Positions 1-7,561 of a stretch of DNA of 36,786 nt are shown piece by piece; position 1 is the stretch's first letter, and the number at the start of each line of letters is the position of its first letter. The stretch comes from Candidatus Thorarchaeota archaeon (lineage in GTDB: Archaea > Asgardarchaeota > Thorarchaeia > Thorarchaeales > Thorarchaeaceae): the NCBI GenBank assembly GCA_046758445.1, contig JBHIAE010000028.1, forward strand, positions 1 to 36,786, in the 5' to 3' direction. The translations under genes and the position numbers were made by a program. Under the pieces are notes generated by a model that was given only the letters and a program-made list of their open reading frames with translations, was not told the DNA's origin and made no database searches.

Positions 1-60
1 TTCAAAGACACAGAGGGCAATCTCTGGGGTCTGATGCAAGACGATCCCAATGCCAAGTAG
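1..60 (+). CDS. 3' end of a VOC/glyoxalase-family protein (partial, runs off the window)
   Basis: Frame 1 reads FKDTEGNLWGLMQDDPNAK*, matching the typical VOC C-terminal 'F.DxEGN.xxL' motif. Confidence 0.7.
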   Translation, partial: FKDTEGNLWGLMQDDPNAK

Positions 61-161
61 AATTTTCGTAGTAGAGCAAGGGCGTTCATTCCTGCCTAGC
101 TCCTCAGCAGAGAGTCAATACCTTTTTTGCAGCTTCACACAATACTCCATCGGGGTATCTG

Positions 162-2420
162 TTGTCGAACCTGGTTGACGGCTTAGCGTGGTCAATGGTA
201 GAAGCCTGTCAGGACGCTGCAAGTGCTAGTGATTCTTCATCAATCAGTTCAGCAACAACTAGGGAAGCAGTCCGTCTTGCTGCGCTCAATCTGGTCTTGT
301 CCTCCTTCATGAAAGTCGATGTTGACGAGCTCTTGGTTTCGCAAGATACTTCCTTCACACGCTTTTCATATTCAGCAGAGGTAGAGGGTGTAACAAGGGT
401 CGAAACTGAAACTGTACTCAACGATGTACTGTCCACCCTAGATGAGCCCAAGGTCCTTCATGATGTCAGGCAATTGCCGACTACCGAATTCACCGAAGTG
501 TTGGCTAAGATCCATTCGCTGAGTAGCTATGTACTCCCCACGAGCGGGAGCAAGAGGATTCCCAGAAGGGCGCTTGGAGCCTACTATACTCCCATGCATC
601 TATCTGACTTCATTGCAGAGAAGACGCTCCTACCACGAATGAATGAACTGATCAAAGAGATCTCAACGGGGTCAGAGAGGTCTCTTGACAGATTCCTCCA
701 TCTCAAGACCCTAGATCCAGCATGTGGACCCGGAACCTTCCTTCTGTCAACTGCTAGGCTCTTCCTTTCCCAACGAGCCGCACTACAAGACGCATGCAAA
801 TCAGGCCGAGTGGCATGTGGCGGAATCGTGCGTGCTGACCTGACGGAATACATGGATCTCGTAGCAAGGGGACTGAACGGTGTCGACCTTGATGAGGCGG
901 CACTCGAGATAGCGCACGTTTCGCTTTCTCTCACACTGTCTGCAAACGGCGGTCAGATAAAGAACCAATCGTTGTCAACAGGATTGAAGCGAGGGGATTC
1001 CCTCCTTTCACTCAAGGGAATGAAAGGCAATCTTGACCATACGTCACATTTCCAAGAACCGGAGAACAGGTTGTCTTTTGAGTGGCCTGAACAGTTCGAC
1101 AGGATTCTCGGTATAGAGGGGCCTGGATTTGACTTCGTCCTGATGAACCCTCCATACGAGCGCCTCAAGCCTAACTTTGCAGAGTTCTTACGAGAGCGGC
1201 TTCTCAAGGGGGATCGCAAGATACACTCTGATAGGTTTCTGGACCATAAGGCAAAGCTCGCAGAGTATGTGAACTACTTCAGGAAGTCGGGTGAATACCA
1301 ACTCACGAATGTTCACACAATAGATACCTACCGTCTGTTCATTGAACGCGCACTCCAGCTAACTCGAGAAGGAGCGCGAATTGGGTATGTTGTCCCTTCA
1401 ACGATACTGGGGGACCTATCTGCACAGAAGGTTAGGCGCGATCTCTTGCTCGAGAATAGTGTTGAATATGTCGCCGAGTTTCCTGAGGGAAGCAGTTTCT
1501 TTCCGGGAGTCACTCAATCAGTGTGCGTGATGATCATCGGCAGGGGTGGTGAGACAAGAAGAATTCGGGCCGACTTCAATCTGGGCGGGATTGAAGAAGC
1601 GCGGACGGCCCGTGGATTCACCATTCATCTGAGAAACATAGAGAGGGTCATGCAGTATTCGATGGGGATACCACGCGTGCCTCGAGCTGGATGGAAGATT
1701 CTTGACAAGCTCCATCATACTCCTCCTATGGGTTCCCTAGGATGGATCAAGAATCGGAGAGGTGAGCTTGACCTCACAATGCACAAAGATTTCATATCCA
1801 GCTCAGAACCCGGAAACAGACTAGTCAGGGGATCACATATCTCACGATATCGCCTGCTTCCTTCTTCGAGGGCTGGCCCGGAGTACGTCAACACTAAGTC
1901 ATTTCTCAAGGCCCTGGGAGCCTCTAGACGAGCAGATGACATTCGTAAGAGTAGGATCGCTTGCCAGCAGGTATCAAACAGGTCACAACGTTGGAGGATC
2001 AAGTTCGCCCCGATCTCTCCAAACACGATACTGGCTAACTCATGTAACTACATTGTGCTGTCAGACAGATGCAACTCCGACACTCCTCTCTACCTTCTTG
2101 GCATTTTGAACTCAGATCTCATGAATTGGAGGTTCGAAGTGAGTAACACAAACAACCATGTTTCTAACCGTGAGTTATCGTCATTGCCTATTGTGGATAC
2201 AGCGACAGTCAGCAACCGGCAAAAGGACCTGATCGCGTCCCTCAGCCAGCTGGTAAAGGCCAAGATAGCGTCCAAAAGGGATGAAACGGAGGCAATCGAA
2301 GCTCACGTGTTTGCCCTCTATGGACTCACTCCACAGGAAGCGAAGAGAGTCATGATGTACCGCGGTGCGGAAACGGAGGAAACCAGTGCAGTTCTCAGTG
2401 CTCTGGATGAGCTCCAGTGA
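162..2420 (+). CDS. N6-adenine DNA methyltransferase, gamma class, Alw26I/Eco31I/Esp3I-like
   Basis: Motifs GAYYTP, LDPACGPGTFL (motif I) and FDFVLMNPPY (motif IV); C-terminal TRD region with GELDLT, LANSCNY and SNTNNHVSNREL; directly followed by a permuted m5C MTase. Confidence 0.88.
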   Translation: MSNLVDGLAWSMVEACQDAASASDSSSISSATTREAVRLAALNLVLSSFMKVDVDELLVSQDTSFTRFSYSAEVEGVTRVETETVLNDVLSTLDEPKVLHDVRQLPTTEFTEVLAKIHSLSSYVLPTSGSKRIPRRALGAYYTPMHLSDFIAEKTLLPRMNELIKEISTGSERSLDRFLHLKTLDPACGPGTFLLSTARLFLSQRAALQDACKSGRVACGGIVRADLTEYMDLVARGLNGVDLDEAALEIAHVSLSLTLSANGGQIKNQSLSTGLKRGDSLLSLKGMKGNLDHTSHFQEPENRLSFEWPEQFDRILGIEGPGFDFVLMNPPYERLKPNFAEFLRERLLKGDRKIHSDRFLDHKAKLAEYVNYFRKSGEYQLTNVHTIDTYRLFIERALQLTREGARIGYVVPSTILGDLSAQKVRRDLLLENSVEYVAEFPEGSSFFPGVTQSVCVMIIGRGGETRRIRADFNLGGIEEARTARGFTIHLRNIERVMQYSMGIPRVPRAGWKILDKLHHTPPMGSLGWIKNRRGELDLTMHKDFISSSEPGNRLVRGSHISRYRLLPSSRAGPEYVNTKSFLKALGASRRADDIRKSRIACQQVSNRSQRWRIKFAPISPNTILANSCNYIVLSDRCNSDTPLYLLGILNSDLMNWRFEVSNTNNHVSNRELSSLPIVDTATVSNRQKDLIASLSQLVKAKIASKRDETEAIEAHVFALYGLTPQEAKRVMMYRGAETEETSAVLSALDELQ

Positions 2421-3717
2421 TTCCTTCTTCCATGTGGCAGATTGGCCTTCTTCGTCTGATTCGCAGTGGGAAATTGGACTTGGAGTGCAGCCTGTGACCT
2501 TTGCATCATCACAACGCCGCGAGCAATCGGACGAAGGAAGCCTGCTCTATAACCACGTATGTGCAACTCTAAGTCAGTTCGACATGGAGGTTGTCCGTGC
2601 TGTTCCCCCGGGCGGAAACTGGAAGGACATCCCTCTTAGCATCGCCTCCAAGTCTTCGCGCCTAATGCAGATAAGACGGTCAGGTGGGCGAACGACATAC
2701 TACGGGAGACTTAGATGGGACCAACCCAGTTACACCATAAACACCTACTTCAACAGACCTGGCAACGGCGCTTTTATTCATCCGGCACAGGACAGACTCA
2801 TTTCTCAGAGGGAGGCAGCGCGACTACAATCATTTCCAGATGGTTATCGTTTCTTGGGGAGCACCTCTTCCATATTCAAACAGATTGGGAATGCTGTGCC
2901 CCCTCTTCTAGCGTATGCAATAGGAAATCAGATTCCAAAAGGTGATGTTGTAGATCTGTTTGCAGGCGCTGGGGGTCTCTCGACTGGATTGGCTCAGGCA
3001 GGACACAAGCCAGTCCTGGCATCAGACATCAACCCTCACATGTGCTCAACATACGAACACAACCACAATGAGTCAGAAGTGCTGTGCCTTGATATCTCGG
3101 ACCAGCAGGGGCTTACGCACCTAGTCGAAGCAATTGATGTCAACATCGCCGGGAAGACGTTGAACTTAATAGCCGGGGGTCCTCCGTGCCAAGGGTTCTC
3201 CACTGCTGGAAATTGGAATAGCACTGATTCTAGAAACTCCTTGGTTATCCCATTCCTCGAGATAGTTGAGAGCATACTCCCAAACTATGTGTTAATTGAG
3301 AACGTGCCTGGAATTCAGTGGATGAATAGCGGAAACACATTGAAAGCCATCAAGTCATCACTTGAAGAGATGGAGTACGGAACGTTCTCTTTCTTGCTAA
3401 GGGCTGAAGAATATGGAGTCCCACAGAAACGGAGAAGAGTCTTCATTCTAGGCTCACGCTGCAGTGAGGACTTTGTGATTCCAAGACCACTGTTCCTACA
3501 TACTCCTCGGAGCATTGGAAAGAGGCAGAATGAACGAGGTTCTAGTGAACTCCCCTATCCGATTACGGTTAGTGAGGCCATTTCAGATCTTCCGGAGCTC
3601 GAACAGGGTGAGGGAAGCGAGGTTGGCGCACATGACGAAGAAATGTGTAAGCATAGCTATCAAGCGTATATGAGAGGACAGATTAGCTGGAGAGAACATC
3701 TAATCCGGAGAGCCTAG
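2407..3717 (+). CDS. C5-cytosine DNA methyltransferase, circularly permuted (TRD-IX-X-I...VIII)
   Basis: REAARLQSFPD (IX) and QIGNAVPP (X) come before DLFAGAGG (I), GGPPCQGFS (IV), IENV (VI) and PQKRRRVF (VIII). ATG at 2407 overlaps the upstream stop; the frame is open from 2365. Confidence 0.92.
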   Translation: MSSSDSFFHVADWPSSSDSQWEIGLGVQPVTFASSQRREQSDEGSLLYNHVCATLSQFDMEVVRAVPPGGNWKDIPLSIASKSSRLMQIRRSGGRTTYYGRLRWDQPSYTINTYFNRPGNGAFIHPAQDRLISQREAARLQSFPDGYRFLGSTSSIFKQIGNAVPPLLAYAIGNQIPKGDVVDLFAGAGGLSTGLAQAGHKPVLASDINPHMCSTYEHNHNESEVLCLDISDQQGLTHLVEAIDVNIAGKTLNLIAGGPPCQGFSTAGNWNSTDSRNSLVIPFLEIVESILPNYVLIENVPGIQWMNSGNTLKAIKSSLEEMEYGTFSFLLRAEEYGVPQKRRRVFILGSRCSEDFVIPRPLFLHTPRSIGKRQNERGSSELPYPITVSEAISDLPELEQGEGSEVGAHDEEMCKHSYQAYMRGQISWREHLIRRA

Positions 3718-3798
3718 TAAGACTGATTTGGAGACGACCTCCAGATTAACAAGAACGGAGATACGTTCGCCGTCTGGCGACGCGGAGGAGCAACTCAA

Positions 3799-5514
3799 TT
3801 GATTGCCAAGGCTTTGCTGTTTGACCTCATGGGTCCGAAAGTACTTGCTTCAAGCTCCTATGTTAAGGACGTGACGACTGAGGGATTCCTCAGATCTATC
3901 GTTGACAGATACTCAGAGGTAATGTCCGAACTTCTTCGCAGAGTCGTTCCCGTGTCGATAGAGAACAAGATAACGTATCTATCCAGGGTCAACGAGGCAA
4001 CATTGGTTGTTGCAGTCAGTGATTCTACTGAAGTTTCTGGGAAAGACCTAGAAACTGTTGACACAATTGGCCAAGAGATGCGTCGACTAATCGGGCGCAT
4101 TCCAGTCAGAGATGCCAAGAGTATGTTCGCCAAGATGGTCGATGAACGACTTACTGAGGAAGTCTATCTCTGCTTTCTCTCTGAGTCAAGACCTGCTCCT
4201 GAAGACTTCTCGGGTCAGGCAGTCGCCAGTTTCGTGGAGACCCGTGGGGACGGCAAGGAGGGTTTTACGGGAGCCGTAAGGATTGGACCCTTTGATGTCC
4301 ACGTGATGCAAATGCCCCCAACTAGCTTTGCCCAAAATGGTTGGTCGGACAACCTGGAGAGAGCGCATGTCTTTGCCCTCATCGTTTCTACTGAAGGCTC
4401 TGAATCTTCACTGGTCGGTGAAGTTGTAAAGAGAATCCGTGACAACTCTGATGCCAAGATTCTGATAGTCCCGAGTGCAGACAATGATCTCGAGAAGGCT
4501 AGGGAGCTGGAGTCGGCGTACTTCCTTGACCTTTGCGATTCAGTTTCGTCAAGACCTTCAGAACTAGTGCTCTCGGTGCTTGCTACTGCCGGGTTCACAG
4601 ACATGCACCCGGAACTCGCCCGCGATCGCTGGGCGATAGACGACTCCATTGATAGGGCTCTAGAATCAAAGGACTTGGAGGAGGAGTCTCTGGGACACCA
4701 GGCCTTCTTTGTCATCGACAAGATGTCAGGCGAACCTCGGTTTACGTATCTCTATGAAGACGAGTCCAAACTGTTCGACATGGCACCTAACCTTGTGGCA
4801 GCAATCTCACAGTTCCAAATTGATAGCTCTAGTCCGACCTCAACTTCTGTGTTCCAGGCTGGGGACTTGAAATATGCAATCATTGAGCTGAGCGACCTTG
4901 TATTCACTCTAGTTACAGGTGACAGGGAGGACGTTGAGGTCATGCGGTCTCGTTTCTCGTTCTTGCCAGATCTCTATTTGGACGAGTCGCCTGAAAACAC
5001 GGAGTCGAGTGTGGATCTCTACACCTCTCCACCATTTACCCTGAAACTCTTGGCAACTCTTCCTCCAGAGGACCTTCCCGGACGGCTTGCGCCTTTCAGA
5101 GTCACGCCGCCTGAATGGAGCCGATTTCAATCCGCCCTGGTCAAAGACTTCCTTGAAGCAGTTTGGAATAGCTGTGATGGGATGACTACTGTTTCCGAAC
5201 TATCTCGCGGATCTGGCCCGGAGATGGTGATGGGGGCGATTCATCTGTTGAAGAGAATGGGCGCGATTGACTGGAAAGTCCGACTCGTCCCCGCAGATGT
5301 ACCTATTGCAGTCGGAAGGTTGGGTGAGGAGATTCGTAGCCTCTATTCACACGCCGACAACATCTTCGCACTGATTGATGGATCAAGAACAATATCTGAC
5401 ATCAGCACACAGTTGGGCATGGAATCTAGTGTGCTACTGACCGTGTTTGCAGAAATGCACAAACGCGGAAATGTAACATTCAAAGACTATAACAATATGT
5501 CCCCGCAATCTTGA
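3799..5514 (+). CDS. Longin-like / degenerate small-GTPase-like / longin-like / tandem winged-helix protein (paralogue of the downstream gene)
   Basis: Colinear by eye with 5607..7547 along its length, but lacks GxxxxGKS, DxxGQ and NKxD. Two C-terminal (C/I)DGxxT(V/I) winged-helix-like repeats. GGAGGAG lies upstream of the TTG start. Confidence 0.7.
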   Translation: MIAKALLFDLMGPKVLASSSYVKDVTTEGFLRSIVDRYSEVMSELLRRVVPVSIENKITYLSRVNEATLVVAVSDSTEVSGKDLETVDTIGQEMRRLIGRIPVRDAKSMFAKMVDERLTEEVYLCFLSESRPAPEDFSGQAVASFVETRGDGKEGFTGAVRIGPFDVHVMQMPPTSFAQNGWSDNLERAHVFALIVSTEGSESSLVGEVVKRIRDNSDAKILIVPSADNDLEKARELESAYFLDLCDSVSSRPSELVLSVLATAGFTDMHPELARDRWAIDDSIDRALESKDLEEESLGHQAFFVIDKMSGEPRFTYLYEDESKLFDMAPNLVAAISQFQIDSSSPTSTSVFQAGDLKYAIIELSDLVFTLVTGDREDVEVMRSRFSFLPDLYLDESPENTESSVDLYTSPPFTLKLLATLPPEDLPGRLAPFRVTPPEWSRFQSALVKDFLEAVWNSCDGMTTVSELSRGSGPEMVMGAIHLLKRMGAIDWKVRLVPADVPIAVGRLGEEIRSLYSHADNIFALIDGSRTISDISTQLGMESSVLLTVFAEMHKRGNVTFKDYNNMSPQS

Positions 5515-5606
5515 TAGCAGGTTAGTTTATCTATATTCACAGGCATGGGAAATCTTGAAGACAAGACTGGATATGTAGCTAATCGAACCCGGAGAGTGAA
5601 AGGCGA

Positions 5607-7547
5607 GTGATACACAATGTTCTGCTGATCGACAAAATCGACGGTAGCGTTGTGACTAGGACCCGATTCTGGAAGATTGACTTCCTCGATAGTGATATTC
5701 AGGAATTCTTGACAGGCTGGAGGGACCTGCAGAGTACTGACGGACTCGCATCTGATACTCCGGTCTTTGTGGACCAGCACAAGGTCTTCCACTCACTTGT
5801 TGATGATGAGCTTCTTCTGATGTTCGTCACTGATGGTCGAGATGAAGAACGAGTAATCAAGCACAAGGTCCGTGAGGGTGCAACCCGAATATCCACGGCA
5901 CTCCGCGGCAATACTATGTCATACATTCGTGACAATCTCGAAGATCTGCTTGGCGAACTCATCTTCACTAATTTCAAGGTATCATTTGTTGGGTCTGGTG
6001 GCGTTGGCAAGAGCACACTGCTCCGACTTCTTTTCGGAAAGGAGCCAGCACCTGGCGGGTATGTTCCAACGATAAACGTTGCAGTTGATAGCTCAGAAAC
6101 AATACAATTCGGTACGTTCTTGGTAACTATCTGGGACTTTGCCGGACAGGCCGTATTTCAGGACCTGTGGCAGTTCTATTTTGCTGGTACTGACGTAATC
6201 TTCCTCGTAACAGACTCGAGTTTCCGCAATGTTATGCAGACCAAGACTCTTCTTAAAACTATCCGGAAAGAGGCTCCTGCAGTCCCTCTCTTCATAATTG
6301 CGAACAAGCAGGACTTGCCTGAATCAATGAAAGGTGAGAAGATTCAGCGGCTTCTAGGCGCCCCCACGTTTCAGATGGTGGCCACTGACAAGACCCGAAG
6401 AGATGAGTTCGTTCGTCTAATGCTAGAAGTTTCGGCGAAGACGGTTGGAGTTCAGCTTCCTGATAGACCGATTAGTGAGATGATTACTGTTAGGAGAGGC
6501 ACGGAGGAAATTGAAGCAGTTACTGAGATGGCACGCACAGCAGAAGGCGGAGAGTTCGTAAGCGCGCCGTATACCGAGGCGGATGATGTCGGCGGGGCCG
6601 CTGTCAAAGCAGAAGGAGCCCAGGGATCTCAGGCGGTAGCTGCGGTCGCATCGGATGAGGGTGCTGAGGTGACTGACCAACTTGTCGCAACGCCAATCAG
6701 TGACCCGGCGAAGATACTTCATATGCTTCTCATAGTTCAAAAAGAGGGCCTCTCTGAAGTTTCCTATCACCTCAACTACTCAGGGGAGGAGATTGACACA
6801 AACGCGGTGGCTTCACTGATATCTGCGCTTGACTCTTTCGGTGGAATTGACGGCGATCAGTCAGGCATGGCTTCTAAGACGGATGCCCTTGAAACCATCG
6901 AGCATGAAGGCAATCTCGTCATGGTTGAGAAATCGCCTCATTTCGTTATGGCATTGATAGTGACCAACAACAGCAAGGAGGAAGAGCATCGGAGGACCAT
7001 GGGTGGACTCCTGCTCGAGCTCGAGCAGACATACGAGAAAGTCTGGTCTGATTGGGACGGCAATACTGCGGTCTTTGAGAACTCTCTGTTCACAGTTCTG
7101 ACGAGGCTTCCGTTGCGCCCTGTAAGCTTCGATTACGTTGCGAGGGCAAGAGAGGCCGGAAGACCACTACCGTTCAACAACAGGGATGTTGGGAAGGCTG
7201 TTGTTGAAGTGAAGGCCGCCATCGACGGCTCGGCCACTGTTGGAGGGCTTGTCAGGAGCTTAGATCTTCCGCGGGACACGGTCATTGGCAGTCTCCAGAT
7301 CATGGAGAAGTTCGGATGGATTGACTTTCAAGTAGAGATTCAGCCTGAGAGTCATTTGCGGAAGCGAGGTGAAGTCGACGCTGAAACTCACAAGGCCTAT
7401 GGTCAAGTTGTCGTCAACTTTGTTGATTTGTGCGACGGTACCACTTCGCTTCAGGATGTTGTAAGGAAGCTGAATGTCAGTCTGCCAGCAATGAAGTTCG
7501 TGGCCACGAAACTCGTACTTGACGGAGTACTCGAAGTCGTCGCATAG
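5607..7547 (+). CDS. Multidomain Arf-related small GTPase: longin-GTPase-acidic linker-longin-tandem winged helix
   Basis: G1 GSGGVGKST, G2 YVPT, G3 WDFAGQ and G4 ANKQDLP. N-terminal and central longin-like patterns (e.g. LLIVQKEG...SLISALDSF...IEHEGNLVMVE). IDGSATV and CDGTTSL repeats. Confidence 0.88.
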   Translation: MIHNVLLIDKIDGSVVTRTRFWKIDFLDSDIQEFLTGWRDLQSTDGLASDTPVFVDQHKVFHSLVDDELLLMFVTDGRDEERVIKHKVREGATRISTALRGNTMSYIRDNLEDLLGELIFTNFKVSFVGSGGVGKSTLLRLLFGKEPAPGGYVPTINVAVDSSETIQFGTFLVTIWDFAGQAVFQDLWQFYFAGTDVIFLVTDSSFRNVMQTKTLLKTIRKEAPAVPLFIIANKQDLPESMKGEKIQRLLGAPTFQMVATDKTRRDEFVRLMLEVSAKTVGVQLPDRPISEMITVRRGTEEIEAVTEMARTAEGGEFVSAPYTEADDVGGAAVKAEGAQGSQAVAAVASDEGAEVTDQLVATPISDPAKILHMLLIVQKEGLSEVSYHLNYSGEEIDTNAVASLISALDSFGGIDGDQSGMASKTDALETIEHEGNLVMVEKSPHFVMALIVTNNSKEEEHRRTMGGLLLELEQTYEKVWSDWDGNTAVFENSLFTVLTRLPLRPVSFDYVARAREAGRPLPFNNRDVGKAVVEVKAAIDGSATVGGLVRSLDLPRDTVIGSLQIMEKFGWIDFQVEIQPESHLRKRGEVDAETHKAYGQVVVNFVDLCDGTTSLQDVVRKLNVSLPAMKFVATKLVLDGVLEVVA

Positions 7548-7561
7548 TCTTGAGTCACTCT

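Noticed and set aside
162-2420. Type IIG fused endonuclease-methyltransferase
   Set aside because: No PD-(D/E)xK-like nuclease motif is evident in the short N-terminal region, and pairing with a permuted m5C MTase points to the Eco31I-type arrangement.
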